Shown in pieces: positions 1 to 14,700 of a DNA stretch of 64,000 nucleotides. The notes below the pieces were generated by a model, which saw nothing but the letters and a program-made list of their open reading frames with translations, searched no databases and was not told where the DNA came from. Location of the stretch: assembly GCA_045159875.1 (NCBI GenBank), contig CP067995.1, positions 2,944,001 through 3,008,000 of the forward strand, in the 5' to 3' direction. Each line of letters begins with the position of its first letter. Position 1 is the first letter of the stretch. The DNA comes from a cyanobacterium endosymbiont of Rhopalodia gibba. GTDB taxonomy: Bacteria > Cyanobacteriota > Cyanobacteriia > Cyanobacteriales > Microcystaceae. The position numbers and the translations under genes were made by a program.

Positions 1-291
1 AAGGGTTTCATGTGCCGCTTCAGTTTTTTGTTCAGGGAGTTTAGGACGAGACCGTTCTTGACGACGAGTAAAGAAAAACTTACCAGAGACAGCTAAGTTA
101 AAATAATAAATAAAAGCGTAGATTAACAAACCCAAAAGACAAATAATCAGGAAAATTAATAGGTTACCTAGTAAAGGCGCTGTAAAAGAGAATTGAATAT
201 AAAGACGATAAATTGAATTGATTAACCATATAATCAATCCGAGAATTATACTCAAACCAATGATCAAAAATAACAGACGGGGCAGAGGCAT
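1..291 (-). CDS. N-terminus of a cyanobacterial membrane-anchored YcjF/DUF697-type GTP-binding protein, running off the window edge
   Basis: Hand translation from ATG at 291 is open to position 1: MPLPRLLFLIIGLSIILGLIIWLINSIYRLYIQFSFTAPLLGNLLIFLIICLLGLLIYAFIYYF...RSRPKLPEQKTEAAHETL. It has two hydrophobic segments and resembles the N-terminus I recall for this family. Not in the ORF track. Confidence 0.65.
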   Translation of the reverse strand, partial: MPLPRLLFLIIGLSIILGLIIWLINSIYRLYIQFSFTAPLLGNLLIFLIICLLGLLIYAFIYYFNLAVSGKFFFTRRQERSRPKLPEQKTEAAHETL

Positions 292-857
292 GGAGAGAGG
301 GGGAGAAAGTGGGAGAGGGGAAAAGAGAAAGAGTCTGCTTTGACATGGTATGTCTCTTGCCTTATTGTTACTAGCTGCGTTGTCTGAGGGTTTCTAGGTA
401 GAAAAACAGAGATAATTGATAACATTCGAGGCTCAGCTATAACACACAGACTAGATGGAAGATAAAAGTCACTCTAATCCAAGCTAAAAAGAACAAGGAT
501 GGATGACCCCCGTGGGCAAGGTAAGTTCCCAAACCCATTATGGCAGTAGGCGGAATAACAAAAATGATCGCCCTGACTTAAAATATCTCCATACGAGGTA
601 ATTTTCGGTAGTTATTCTTGGCTAGCTTTGCCTTATCCAACACCAGGTCAAGGCAAATTGTTCATTAGCCATTGTAACCACTTATTTGTCTACATTAGCC
701 GTAAAAATTATGACGGAAAGAATTACAAGCAAAGGCTTCTATACAATGCTAAAGCAGAAATTTTGCTATGATGACAAATAGAGCAAGTGTAGACGTTGTA
801 ATAAATTAGGGGGTTTAAATAGTTTTCCATTGAGCAATAAAAAAATAATCAATATCA

Positions 858-1361
858 TTATGCTAAATTATGCGGCGTCTTCTGAGAGCTTAAGGAAAGA
901 TTAGATGTCACTTGTTGAAGTTGTTTTTGAATCATATTTTCTATTTTTTCTCGCTGAATTTCAATCCCTTGTGTCTTATTATTTGGGTTATCCATAAGAA
1001 TAATGCTATCAACTTGACGAATAGCAAACATTTGAAAGAAAAGATGAGTTATCGGTAAAGAAACAATATCAATAGGGAGATTAACACTACTGGGATCTAC
1101 GGTGTATTGAAAATTGCGGGCATCCTGACGATTAACAAAACCATATACCACTCGCTTTGTTATTTGAGGTTGTTTGCGGTTATTAATGGTCGTAATGATC
1201 CAATGACGATCACTCGTATGTAAAACAAAATAGTCTGTCTGTTTGTGTTGACTAGCAAAGAATTTGAGTACTGGGTTGACGGCTTGTTCCATAATCTCTA
1301 CAGACACGCCATATTCAGGAGCGTCATAAGCGAGAATTTTTAGTTGTTTTTCTATATTCAT
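858..1361 (-). CDS. Conserved cyanobacterial hypothetical protein
   Basis: 167-aa intact ORF with normal composition inside AT-rich DNA. Confidence 0.7.
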   Translation of the reverse strand: MNIEKQLKILAYDAPEYGVSVEIMEQAVNPVLKFFASQHKQTDYFVLHTSDRHWIITTINNRKQPQITKRVVYGFVNRQDARNFQYTVDPSSVNLPIDIVSLPITHLFFQMFAIRQVDSIILMDNPNNKTQGIEIQREKIENMIQKQLQQVTSNLSLSSQKTPHNLA

Positions 1362-3924
1362 AAAAATTGCCTAGATTTTAGTCAGAATCTACTCTCGAGT
1401 CTTTACTTTTTGTTTCTTTGGTGTTTTCCATGATCAAGAGAAAAAGATTAGGAGAAAAAACATCCATTGTGGATTTTCTATTCCCGATCACTTTTAACCC
1501 GATACTGTGTGAGTAATCACATTGAAAAGAAGATTAACAAGGTTGCAATTTACAATCAATTCTTAAACCAAGGTTGTTTTTTCAGACATCTCAGACATTA
1601 GTTAAACTATGAATTACCTTCATGATTTTAGTTATCTTTAATTTTGATATTAACGTATCTTGGTGTGTGTCGATCACCTACTTTAGGGTAAATTTTAGTC
1701 GAGTCAAGAAATTATGCAGTATTTTCCAATGATGGTTTAGGATTGTGGATTAGCAAATTTAGGAGATTATCACTGTTGAAGGAATTGATTTCAACTATGG
1801 TATAGATTAAGTAATAATGAAGGTATTATTGGTTTAACATTTTTTATTAAGAAAAGTCCAAGGAGATCTGATGTAGTGTAACAGGGACTTAGTAGCAAGA
1901 CAATCAGAAAGTCTTCTGAGTCTGTATTTTGAGGTTAAGGAATTAGGGAGTGGAATCAACACTTCTTCCCAGGGTTGTTTTTCTGTCAATAAAGTTTTAT
2001 AAATACAATTTCGGCAGACTTTGTTAGCAGCTCTGTTGAGACTGGATTCTTGCAACAAGTACTATTGGTATATCTATATTAAATTTTCCTTTCTTTCCTT
2101 TCAACATAAAGTTATCACATTTTCTATTTCAAGAGATATAAAATTTATGAAGTTTAAGAGAGATCTATTTGTTCATTGGTCATCAGAAGCTTTTAGTCGT
2201 TAATTATCTTTATTTTGTGATTGACTCCTTTTTTAGGCAATTAGGCAACTGCCCCTCATAAGAAACTTGAAGTTTTTTGATTAGCCAAACCTTTTATGAT
2301 ACTAAATTCAATCAGAGAAAATATTTAATTATAAATAAAAAATAACTCAAATAAAAGCAATGTTAAAAATATTTATTTAGACTCATACATTAAATAGCTA
2401 AAACCTTAAAATATGTACCTAAATAAGTAGAGTTGTGCAGGTAAAGTACGTATTTATTGTATTGCCTTAGTTATAGACTCTAGAAAACAGTCTAATCGCT
2501 ATGATAATAAAATTTATCTCTAACAAAAAAACTTAAATAATAGAAACAAGATAAAGAAATAATAGGGCAATAATTTTAAGTTTTTTAAAATCAAAAAATA
2601 GCAATATCATTAACTAATAAGCTCCTTTAAGGAAGGACTTTTAATTAAAATTAAGACTATTTAATAGATAAATATTTTTATAGCTAAAAAAATATCCACA
2701 TCGCAAAATAAATATATTATTTTTAATGAACCTAAAGTAGAATTAAAGCCAATACAAATAAAAATCAAGAGTCTTCTTAGGAAAAGATAAACTGCTATAG
2801 TAAACCATGATGAATAATAATATGTCTATTGAAATTAAATTTCAAGATTGAATATAAAATGGCTGAATTCAGTTAATGAACATTTCAGATAAAGAGGTAG
2901 GTCCATCGAAGATTATCTCCTATATAAAAATATTTAACAAAAATTTTAAAATTATTCAGGAAATTGCTGGAGAATATTTACAAGTTTACTTTCGAGAACT
3001 AAAATCAACTAAAAGATTAGAAATGTTAGTAGATGAGCCTTGAATTGATGAGTATTCTGAAACAATTAATTTAATATAAAAAATTTAACGGAAGAAGTAG
3101 TGCTAAACTGTTATGATATTTTAAATTAAATCCAAGAAAAAAATAAAAACCTTATTAATGACAATGAATTAATTTTATTTTTAAAAAAAAAGGCGATCTG
3201 GCTATCGTATCTGGCATTGTACATTCTTCAATGACCAATTAAGTAGAATGGTTGTCTTCTAGGGTAATTCATTCAAAGGACATATGCTCAAAGCTTTTAA
3301 TTAACTTAATAATTTTGCAATGAAGTCTTTTCTAGAATCAGTCCCGTGTATTTTAGTTTTTTTTTACTTGAAAAGAAAATTAACTAGGTTAGGATATATT
3401 CCTGTTCCTAGCGTATTGACAAAATGACTGCTGCTACTCCTTGTGTATAGTCGTCCCGAGAGTTTCTGTTTCTAGATATGTTTTTTGCAATCTATAAATT
3501 GGTAAAGTGTATAGTTTGGACATAATTGGCCCATTATAAATTGGTAGTCAGGCAATATTGATATTAGAATTCAACACCAAAAAGCATGGTTATAGCCTAA
3601 AAATTTTTTGTTTATTAAGTGATTTAATCTTGATTATTTTTAATATCTTAAGTCGCCCTCGATCTTGTTCAATAGATGTTTTATGGTCTTAACAATAAAC
3701 TGAAATCTATTCACTGAGTATAGGTAAGAGAAAGAGGATTATGTTCTCACTTTAAGAGTTAATAACTGTCTTTATTAAACGCTAATAATAGCCAAAAGGG
3801 GGCAATTAATTTAAAACACAATATGTGGCACACACTGGCTAGTTGTATAGTTGAGTGAAATTAGAGTACAAAACCAGATATTCTACTAAGTATAACTGTT
3901 TCATATTCATGCACTGGTTCAACA

Positions 3925-5289
3925 ATGCAATTTTCTAAAATCTTAATTGCAAATCGCGGAGAGATCGCCTTACGAATTTTACACAGTTGTGAGGAACTAG
4001 GAATCGCCACAGTTGCTGTTCATTCTACTATAGACCGCCAGGCACTTCACGTCCAACTTGCAGATGAAAGTGTTTGTATCGGTCCGCCATCGAGTCACAA
4101 AAGCTATCTCAACATTCCTAATATTATTGCTGCTGCCCTCACGCGCAATGCTACTGCAATTCATCCAGGCTATGGTTTTTTAGCAGAAAATGCTAAATTT
4201 GCTGAAATTTGCGCAGATCACAAAATCAAGTTTATCGGACCAAGTCCTGAAGCTATCCGATCAATGGGAGATAAATCTACAGCAAAAAAAACTATGCAGA
4301 AGGCAGGAGTTCCCACGATTCCTGGGAGTTGGGGGGTGATTGACACGGAACAAGAAGCTCTAACCATCGCCCGTGAGGTTGGTTATCCTGTCATCATAAA
4401 GGCCACTGCTGGAGGTGGAGGACGGGGAATGCGCTTGGTTCGAGAAGATAAAGAATTTTCTCGTGCTTTTCAAGGCGCTCAAGGAGAAGCTGAGGCGGCA
4501 TTTGGCAACGGAGGAGTGTACATCGAGAAGTTTATTGAACAACCCCGTCACATTGAATTTCAAATCCTGGCTGATAGTTATGGCAATGTGGTTCACTTGG
4601 GAGAAAGAGATTGTTCTATCCAGCGTCGTCATCAAAAACTACTTGAAGAAGCTCCTAGTTCTTTTCTCAACCTCCAATTACGTACAAAAATGGGAAAAGC
4701 AGCTATTAAAGCTGCAAAATGTATTAATTATATAGGAGCCGGAACAGTAGAATTCTTGGTGGATAAACAGGGAAATTTTTACTTTATGGAGATGAACACT
4801 CGCATCCAGGTAGAACACCCTGTCACGGAGATGATCTCTGGGTTGGATTTAATTGCTGAACAAATTCGTATTGCCCAAGGGGAAAAACTCCACTTTTCCC
4901 AAAATCAAGTTAAATTTCAAGGTCATGCAATCGAGTGTCGTATCAATGCTGAAGATCCCGACTATAATTTTCGTCCTCATCCGGGTAAAATTAGTGCCTA
5001 TCTTCCTCCTGGAGGTCCTGGAGTACGGATGGATTCTCATGTCTATACAGATTATGAAATTCCTCCCTATTATGACTCTTTAATTGGTAAATTGATTGTC
5101 TGGGCTCCTAATAGAGAAATGGCAATTAAACGGATGAAACGGGCTTTAAGAGAATGTGCGATCACAGGGATTCCTACCACTATTGATTTTCATCAACGAA
5201 TTTTAGAAACTTCCGCTTTTTTAACTGGTGAAGTGTACACTAATTTTATCGAGGAACATTTGCTAAAAAAGTCAAATACAAAAAGTTAA
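3925..5289 (+). CDS. accC: Acetyl-CoA carboxylase, biotin carboxylase subunit
   Basis: Motifs [42 protein letters not shown] and [11 protein letters not shown]. Confidence 0.97.
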   Translation: MQFSKILIANRGEIALRILHSCEELGIATVAVHSTIDRQALHVQLADESVCIGPPSSHKSYLNIPNIIAAALTRNATAIHPGYGFLAENAKFAEICADHKIKFIGPSPEAIRSMGDKSTAKKTMQKAGVPTIPGSWGVIDTEQEALTIAREVGYPVIIKATAGGGGRGMRLVREDKEFSRAFQGAQGEAEAAFGNGGVYIEKFIEQPRHIEFQILADSYGNVVHLGERDCSIQRRHQKLLEEAPSSFLNLQLRTKMGKAAIKAAKCINYIGAGTVEFLVDKQGNFYFMEMNTRIQVEHPVTEMISGLDLIAEQIRIAQGEKLHFSQNQVKFQGHAIECRINAEDPDYNFRPHPGKISAYLPPGGPGVRMDSHVYTDYEIPPYYDSLIGKLIVWAPNREMAIKRMKRALRECAITGIPTTIDFHQRILETSAFLTGEVYTNFIEEHLLKKSNTKS

Positions 5290-8169
5290 GTTTACTGCTG
5301 AAATAGTTAATACAATTTTAATTGTGCTTAATTTGTTAGTTTCAATAAACATTGAACACTATTTTTTAGTAATTGCTAATGAATTAAAACACACTATAAA
5401 TAAAGGTTTAAATAAGGAGCGATGATTAGAACAGTTTCAAAAAATATGTATAAATACAATTAAATACCTAGCTCTTCTGTTTATATACAATCTATTTTTG
5501 ACGGATTTCACACTGTGATGGATGATCAAAAATATTGTAATGTAACACTGTTAACAAAACTTGTTGTAGAAGACTAAGTAATTTTGTTTCTAAAGAAATG
5601 TATACTTTAATGTATCTCTTAAATGAAAATAGATAAGTATAGGGTCTTTACTCGATACAAATAGGTTCTCTTTTTAATTGAGTAAAACACCGTATATATT
5701 CGAATAATCGAAACGGTGAGAACTAGAAAAAAACTATATTTATTTATTGGACCAGTTATTTTGAGAGTCAAAGATAATTATTAGCGGCGAAGGAGATAAG
5801 AGGTATTCAATATTTTATTGAATACCTTTTATCAAGGTAATAGAGTTATCTTTTTAGACAAAGAAGATTGTAAATACCAACTAAAAATAGTTTAATTACT
5901 TCTACTGCTTTTATTAAAAACTTAACTGTTGTTTCCAATAGAAGTAATTTATCGAGAGTTGAAGAAGTAAGTTTAGAAAACTAGGCACAATGACAAACTA
6001 GAATAAATCGACTCAATGTAACGCGCATCAAAAAATTAGTGATTGCAGTGCATTATATTTTGACAGTATTAACTCAGTTTGTTTAGTTTTATTACTACCC
6101 CAACTTGACCTATATTCTATAAGTTAGTTCCGTTCTCACAGTAGTTTACAAGGTCTTTGACCTTGCAAACTACTGTCACTAAAAATCTTAAAAATTAATA
6201 TTAAAAATGCTGCCTAAAAAAATATTATCAAATAATATAAAAATCTGCTTAGCTTTTAGTCAATGAGAAAAGTTGAAAACTGATAACCTAATTTTAACAA
6301 AGAAAGAAAAATGTAACAGTATAATATTTATTAAGTTTAGATTCAGAGCTATTGAACTAATATAGAAGAAGTCAGCATAGACTTGTAGATAATAATTAAA
6401 GTGTCCTAATGAAAATACTTCCTCATTTTTAACTACTAGCGTATATATTTCATGGATTAAAATAGATTAATGAGAATCTATTCTGCTAAATACAGTCAAA
6501 AAAACAATAAAAAAACTTGACATTAAAAACATAAAAACCTAGCTAATATAATCCATGGTAAATATTTTTTATAAAAGATATGGTCTTAGTCAAGAAGACA
6601 AAGCTAAGATAGAAAAAACTATTAAATATATTTAATCTAATAAAAAAATATAAATCAATTAAGAATATCATATTCTATCATTAGAATGATATAAGATTTA
6701 TCAAAAATAAAGTAATAAGTAGATGAGATAGTACCATTCTACTTATTATTAAAATTTGACTAAGAGTAGTTTTATTTCCTATATATAAGTGAAATAAATA
6801 AATCTAAAAATTAGATAAATTTAAAAAATAACTTATAGTTAAACCATTTTTTTTGCTTCATCAATAGAGTTTTTAGAGCTTAGTATTTTTCTTTATTATT
6901 AACCCATTAATTTAATCTTAAAAAGTTAAATTTTCAATCATATATTAAAAATTAAGAGTTAGAGACTATGAATATTAATTCATTGACAATACAAAGCCAA
7001 AAATTCTCTATTAGTAAAATAGTTAAATCTCTCATAGAAAATTATGCGACTTTATCTCAAACTAAATTCAATAGATATATTTTACTAAAAATTTAAGAAG
7101 AATTAACTTATTATTAGTTAATTTTTTAACTTTTTCTTTTATTTAACTAATTTTTTTAAAATACGTATTAACTATTAACTTAAAAATAATTTACTAGGGT
7201 AAATTATCTTTAATTAACATCCAATTTTAGAGAATTAACCTGCAAAATTTCTAGAAAGATTTTTGTCTATTTACTAGAAAATTAGCCTCTATTGTCATTT
7301 ATCAATAAGATTTTTTTTCGTTGAATATTTGACAGATCTATAGATATATGAAGATTTTTGTCCCTTGCTTACTATGATAATTAGCTTTTCCTGAATTGGA
7401 CTCTAAACTTTTTTCATGATTGGCTTTAATCTCACTGTAGATATATCTATCTTGCATTCTTAATCAGTTTTTCGCAATTTTAAAATTCATAATTTTTTTT
7501 ATACTTAATAATCTCTCTGTTGATATGTACTAAAATTGTATTTTAACAAAAGTATTTTAGTTTTCAAGATTAATGCTAATATCTTTGTTATTAAACTTCT
7601 TTAACGTAATTTTCTTAGTTTATCTAAAAAGTTATTTTTGGCTCTCTCTATATTTGTCTATTGGCAGATATTAATTTTAATTAGTAATCTAACTTTTCTA
7701 GTATCTTATGACTTCAATGAAAATTTTTTTTTCTTTAAGTCCTTATTTTTAAATATTTTTGTTAACTTTTTTGCTACAAGTAAAATTTATTTCTACAGCA
7801 AGAGCACTATTATAATTTTAACTTTTTAAACACTTTTTATAGCTATACTGAACTACAATACCGAGCTAAATAATTTTCTAGGTATTCTTAATTTATCTAA
7901 ATTTTTTTATCATGAGTGGGTTTTCATAACCAGATTTATTATCACCCCCTAAGGGGTGATACTGCAAGAATAAGAGATATAAAGGTAGCTTTTGTTTTTA
8001 TAGTCTCAAGTTTCAACCGATAATCAATTCTAAATTCTTGTAAAGTTATAATTTACCTAGAAAAAAATAATAAATTCTTAACCCTTTATCCCTAGGATCT
8101 ATATCTATGATCGTTGGAGAGATATTTCATCATCTCTAAAAACTTATCTTAAATAGTGCAGTATTTTCT

Positions 8170-9750
8170 ATGAATAAGCTACAACTCTGGCAACGTTATC
8201 AAAATTGGCTATATTATCACCAAAAATTAGGACTATATCTTGATATTAGCCGAATGCGCTTTAATGATGCCTTCGTTGACAGTCTTAAGCCTAAATTTGA
8301 GAAAGCCTTTCAGGATATGGAAGCTCTAGAAGCTGGGGCGATCGCTAACCCAGATGAAGGACGAATGGTAGGTCACTATTGGCTACGCGCTCCGGAATTA
8401 GCACCCAATGACAACATTAGAAAAGAAATTACTGAACCTCTAGAAGCTATTGCAGACTTCGTAACTAGAGTTCATAATGCAACTATTAAACCTCCCACCG
8501 CCGATAAATTTACCGATGTTATTTCTATTGGTATTGGTGGATCAGCCTTAGGACCACAATTTGTAGCGGAGGCATTATCCCCCGACTTTCCTCCTATGGC
8601 CATCCACTTTATTGATAATAATGATCCAGCAGGCATTGATCGCATCTTAACCCGTTTAGGTGATCGCCTCAAAAGTACTCTAGTTTTGATAACGACTAAG
8701 TCTGGGGGAACTCCCGAAACCCGTAACGGGATGTTAGAAGTCAAAGCAGCTTACGAAGCTAAAGGTTTAGACTTCGCTCCTCATGCGGTCGCTATTACGA
8801 TGCCAGGAAGTAAAATGGATCAAATAGCCCGGGACTGGTTAGCCCGTTTTCCCATGCAAGATTGGGTAGGTGGGCGAACCTCCGAACTTTCTGCCGTAGG
8901 TTTGTTACCCGCCGCATTGCAGAGTATTGACATTCAAGAAATGTTGATCGGAGCTAAGGAAATGGACGAAGCAACCAGGGTTAAAGATCTTAAAACTAAC
9001 CCCTCAGCGTTGTTAGCCTTAGCTTGGTATTATTCTGGCAATGGAAAGGGAGAAAAAGATATGGTGATTCTTCCCTATAAAGACAGTTTGCTGTTGTTTA
9101 GTCGCTATTTACAACAGTTAGTCATGGAGTCTTTAGGAAAAGAAAAAGACCTTGATGGCAACACAGTCTATCAGGGTATTGCGGTTTATGGAAATAAAGG
9201 GTCAACAGATCAACATGCTTATGTTCAGCAATTGCGTGAAGGAGTTTCAAATTTCTTTGTCACCTTTATTGAAGTACTAGAAGATCGTCAAGGATCGTCC
9301 ATTGAGTTAGATCCTGGAATCACTTCTGGAGACTATCTATCCGGGTTCATCCAAGGAACCAGACAGGCACTATATGAGAATAACCGTGACTCGGTAACTA
9401 TTACCATTCCTCAGGTGAATACTCGCACTGTCGGGGCTTTAATTGCGATGTATGAACGTACTGTTAGTTTTTATGGCTCATTAGTTAACGTTAACGCCTA
9501 TCATCAGCCTGGGGTAGAAGCAGGTAAAAAGATGGCTTCTTCTGTTTTATCTTTACAAACTGAAGTTCAGAAAGTGATTGAGAATTCTATTGGAACTTTA
9601 GATATAGCTACGTTAGCAACGAAAGCAGGAGCTCCTGATGCAGTCGAAACAGTCTACAAAATTGTACGTCATCTAGCTGCCAATGGACGAGGAATTATTC
9701 TAGAAGGGAATATGGGGGACCCTTCAACTCTCAAAGTTTCTGTTGGTTAG
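8170..9750 (+). CDS. pgi: Glucose-6-phosphate isomerase
   Basis: Motifs [37 protein letters not shown] and HQPGVEAGK. Confidence 0.96.
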   Translation: MNKLQLWQRYQNWLYYHQKLGLYLDISRMRFNDAFVDSLKPKFEKAFQDMEALEAGAIANPDEGRMVGHYWLRAPELAPNDNIRKEITEPLEAIADFVTRVHNATIKPPTADKFTDVISIGIGGSALGPQFVAEALSPDFPPMAIHFIDNNDPAGIDRILTRLGDRLKSTLVLITTKSGGTPETRNGMLEVKAAYEAKGLDFAPHAVAITMPGSKMDQIARDWLARFPMQDWVGGRTSELSAVGLLPAALQSIDIQEMLIGAKEMDEATRVKDLKTNPSALLALAWYYSGNGKGEKDMVILPYKDSLLLFSRYLQQLVMESLGKEKDLDGNTVYQGIAVYGNKGSTDQHAYVQQLREGVSNFFVTFIEVLEDRQGSSIELDPGITSGDYLSGFIQGTRQALYENNRDSVTITIPQVNTRTVGALIAMYERTVSFYGSLVNVNAYHQPGVEAGKKMASSVLSLQTEVQKVIENSIGTLDIATLATKAGAPDAVETVYKIVRHLAANGRGIILEGNMGDPSTLKVSVG

Positions 9751-9820
9751 CTAACCTACTAAGAAATACCACATTGTAGCGGAGTTATGTGGATCGAAAT
9801 GTTTACGACCTAGTGAGAAG

Positions 9821-9863
9821 AAGGAATATGCACTACTTATACTACTGATAGTGTATATTCCTT
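9821..9863 (+). terminator. Stem-loop downstream of pgi
   Basis: Arms AAGGAATATGCACTA and TAGTGTATATTCCTT, followed by T residues. Confidence 0.45.
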
Positions 9864-9953
9864 TTATCGTTTTATTTGATGATAAATATCAAATAAAATT
9901 TAGTAAATTAACTATACTATCTCTTGGTCAATATATTTATTCAGAAAAAAAAC

Positions 9954-9984
9954 TTGACAAATTCCCGTTGACCCCTGTTATAAT
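9954..9984 (+). promoter_or_regulatory. Sigma70-type promoter of tRNA-Gln
   Basis: TTGACA at 9954-9959 and an extended -10 (TG-n-TATAAT) at 9976-9984, 17 nt before the tRNA. The 19-nt spacer is long. Confidence 0.5.
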
Positions 9985-10001
9985 TATAAAGGTGTAACTA
10001 T

Positions 10002-10073
10002 TGGGGTGTCGCCAAGCGGTAAGGCAGCGGGTTTTGGTCTCGCCATTCCTAGGTTCGAATCCTAGCACCCCAG
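10002..10073 (+). tRNA. trnQ: tRNA-Gln (anticodon UUG)
   Basis: Acceptor stem TGGGGTG/CACCCCA, D-arm GCCAAGCGGTAAGGC, anticodon stem GCGGG/CTCGC with loop TT-TTG-GT, T-loop GTTCGAATC. CCA is not encoded. Confidence 0.96.
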
Positions 10074-10599
10074 TTAAGTGGACAAAAACTCCACTAGCAT
10101 TTATTAATGTTTGAATGGCTTATATGAGTTTTGGAAAAAAGACAATTAATCTAAAACTATTTTAAATTAAAGGTTGAAGTTGACTTCTTGTTTATGTATG
10201 GCATATATGTCCCTTTTTTAAAGTTGTTATTCTGATGAATATTTAAGGATTTTCGCCTTAGATATTTTATTCTGTATTCTTTTCTTATTTTAACCGCTTA
10301 ACTTTTCTGTAGTTTTTTCATAGATTGATTAAGTCTTATTTGATAAGAGTCAATCTTTAAATAGACAGCTTTCTCTACTTAAGATAAATTTCTGATAGTT
10401 AATTTATTTTTTTGCTAAAAGAGCTTCCTGGTCGTTGACCCTCAATAAATGTGAGTTACTATCGGATACATTTTCTTGATAAATCAGACTATTTCTATTA
10501 GATTTAAATTCTATTAAAACTCTGATAATGGGTAATAATAATAAATTATTCAGAATTTAAAATCTAGTGTATTAAGATTTATTAAATGAAGATCATAAG

Positions 10600-11600
10600 T
10601 GTAAAACAGCCTGAGATTTTAACTAAAACATAATTGAATTTAATAACAGAACTCGATAGAATATTATTCATATAATAATTGTTAATTTTTACAAGCCTAT
10701 TATCCATGGTAAAATGTTATCTTCATATTCGGAATTTTTACGGGATAAAATTTTTACATAACAGGTTTGTTCCAATGCTACCGATTACTTATTTTGGATA
10801 AATTTAGGCTAACAAAAAACTAACTTTGTAATCAGTCGTTTGGAGAAGAACATCAGGTATTTTTAAACAGATCATTTGCTCGACTGTGGTATCTTATCTC
10901 TTACAAATTATTGGGAGTTACGATAGAAACTATAACTATTATCTTTTTAGTCCGTTGTTTTTGTAAGGACACAATCACTTCTTTAATCTTTGGTACCTGT
11001 GGCAATCCTATCATCCACGAGAATTATTCTTTTATGTTTGCTCACAAGTGACGGTGGCTGTCTTTAATAAATGCGACTGCAACAGTCTAACTTAGTAGCA
11101 ATTTTTTCAATCATCTGAGGATAAATGTTTAACCAATTGAGCATCTCTTGATTAATAATTTTTACTTTCTTGATCTGATAGCTCCATAGCCAATTGGTTA
11201 AATTAAAAATTAATAGATTGAAACAATTAGTTATTGCTAACTAATTTAGTCGCCAAACGCTAACCTGCTTCAGTGCGATTTTATCGAGATAACACCCATA
11301 ACCTTTTGCTCTTATATATTTTTACTAGTTGCCCAAACTAATCTAATTGGACGCAAAATTATGTTTTATTCTGGAGTTAATACAGTAATCTTAGCACTTA
11401 TTGAAGTTTTGTTCTTAATTCTTATACTTACCATATTTTTAGTTTGAGTCAATTCCATAGTAAATTTTATTTGGTGCTATAATTGGCGTAGTCCAAAAAC
11501 AAAGCTGTAGATTACAGTCCGGACTAAATAATCCTTGTTAAATGTCTTTTCTCGTTGAATGAGATGATAGTTGAAGGAGAAATAAGAAGCAAAAAACTGA
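10600..11600 (-). pseudogene. Heavily decayed gene, possibly a GAF/PAS sensor protein
   Basis: Short fragments RTVIYSF, QEMLNW...IEKIATKL and KFRI...LPWIIG loosely recall GAF and PAS motifs. Many stops and frameshifts; boundaries are approximate. Confidence 0.25.
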
Positions 11601-12419
11601 GTAAGTCTCGACAATTTTTAATCAGATTTATCTTCATTTATACCTAATGTTTAGACAAGGAACTGATTGAGATAACTAGTAGTTTTTATGTTAGAGTTAA
11701 AACTCTTATTTTGTCCCCTTTTATGATGGGTTTTGATGGACAAGAAACGAATAAAATTTTAATCCTAGTAATTAGATGTTTGCAGTATTATAAATAGATT
11801 GAGAATAATTGACCAAAATGTTTCTAAATTTTACAAATATAAAAAAAAATAAAATATTAAAATCAGCTAATTATAAAAGTTTTATCAATAGATACAAAGG
11901 AATCTTGTATTCTTATACAAGTCAAAAAGTTTTGTTTAAAATGTGATTATCTCAAAATATTGTTAATACTAATAGTCCATTTTATAGAAAAATAACTACT
12001 TGGACTTAATGGACTGTTCTTTAAATAATTGTTAGCCGTTTATTTCAAAATAAAACTAGGATAATATGTACCAGTTAAGTAGTATTTTAAAAATATAAAA
12101 AATATTGTTTGAGAATTGAATTATATTTACTATTTTGGTCTTTTTTTTAAAAAAAATTATGTACCTTTTTCCTGATCACCCGATCAATAGAAATAAGTGT
12201 AATGTCTAAGATTAACACTTATTGAAAAATTGTGGCTCTAAAGAATAGATAGTTGAGATATAATATGCTAAGCTGTTTGCGAGTAGGTGAGCTCTAAGGT
12301 GATGAGGAGACTAGTTTAATGTCCTAGCTCTGCAATCTTAATTTTTGAATCTTTGATCATCACTGGTAGAAAAGCCAAAAGCACAAGACTAAACGGTAAA
12401 GATCAAATCAGAAATCAAA

Positions 12420-12586
12420 TAGGGTAGGACATATCCAAATTTACGCTTGGGGAATAGTCCATCAGAGTGCTTGCTGTAAAAAGTGTAGTCGGACTAGACA
12501 TGAAACTATAAGACCTATACTGGCATTGCCAGTATAGGTAAGATTCAGCCCAAGAATCCACTCTGACTTAGTTAGCAGAGTGTCAG
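12420..12586 (+). mobile_element. IS200/IS605-family right end (TnpB omega-RNA-like remnant) with no transposase or tnpB ORF
   Basis: Blocks in the order I recall for cyanobacterial tnpB 3' ends: GGGTAGGACATATCCAAATTTACGCTTGGGGA, GTAGTCGGACTAGACATGAAA, a hairpin, TTCAGCCCAAGAATCC, terminal hairpin CACTCTG/CAGAGTG, ending GTGTCA. Confidence 0.6.
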
Positions 12587-12666
12587 AGCTAGGGGTGTCT
12601 GATTTAACCAGGCTGAGAGAGACCCTTAGAACCTGAGACTGGGTAATGCCGGCGTAGGGAAGCTAT
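12586..12666 (+). ncRNA. TPP (THI-box) riboswitch
   Basis: AGCTAGGGGTG...GGCTGAGA...ACCCTT-GAACCTGA...GGGTAATGCCGGCGTAGGGAAGCT directly upstream of the thiC RBS (GAGGT). Confidence 0.93.
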
Positions 12667-12680
12667 TTTTTGAGGTATAA

Positions 12681-14069
<1,389 letters not shown>

Positions 14070-14077
14070 GATCACTG

Positions 14078-14099
14078 GGGGTCAACAGCCGTTGATCCC
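14078..14099. repeat. REP-like hairpin just after thiC, possibly acting as the 3' stem-loop
   Basis: GGGGTCAAC-AGCC-GTTGATCCC. A matching half-site CCGTTGACCCCT lies at 9965-9976. Confidence 0.5.
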
Positions 14100-14329
14100 A
14101 ACGAAAACCAGAATTTTGAATAATATTTGTTGATACTTTTTAAGTAAAAAATTTTAGAGGATCCTGATTAAGCTGATGGAATAAAGGAACAGAGATTCTA
14201 GGGTAATCACTAACCTCGATAACATTTTTCTCAAATGTAAGTTTTACAGAAATTCATGAAGAGGTTGAGAAATAACAGCATTATAGGAGGCAAAATTCTC
14301 TGAATAGCATTAGGGAGCTAAAATGTATT

Positions 14330-14700
14330 TCATTACACACAATAGTGGCAAATCATTGATTGTTAAGTTAACTTCGGACAATACAAATAACTATAAACTC
14401 GTTTCTGAGTTAAGGCAGAATTAAATTTACAAATTATTTTGAGACTTCTGAAAAGATCTATTAACAAATATTTTGATTAATTACTCTATTATTAACAACA
14501 GAAAATGAAGTAAAGGTTAGTAAAACCGAGAAATAATATTCCATTTTATAGGTGTTCTTTAATTGACACGGTTAACGGCAAACTTAAAAATATCTCTCAG
14601 ATTGAATATTCTAAAAATAAAAGTGCTTGTAACTATTTTGTTCACCTTTTTACTCGACTAATTGTTTATGCTTAATTTAATCGAAAAATTTTCTCTAGAT
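14330..14700 (+). mobile_element. IS982-family transposase pseudogene, C-terminal part
   Basis: NSGKSLIVKLTSDNTNNYKLVSELRQN*IYKLF*D matches the pattern GELL..LTPGN.DDRKPV.EL...GKLFGD. RCSLIDTVNGKLKNISQIEYSKNKSACNYFVHLFTRLIVY matches RS.IETVNDQLKNISQIEHSRHRS..NF.VNL..GLIAY. Confidence 0.75.

Noticed and set aside
164..346. 60-aa ORF on the minus strand
   Set aside because: Out-of-frame shadow of the gene starting at 291.
1834..2203. Two short overlapping ORFs
   Set aside because: AT-rich, no motifs, non-ATG starts; likely chance ORFs.
4360..5083. Short ORFs within accC (likewise those within pgi, thiC, the M48 gene, glsF, the M23 gene, hom, the FAD oxidoreductase, ycf45, the CPP1-like gene and tatA)
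   Set aside because: Antisense or alternative-frame shadows of confident genes.
7638..7829. 63-aa F/I/L-rich ORF (likewise 51469..51714)
   Set aside because: Composition simply reflects T-rich spacer DNA, not a real membrane protein.
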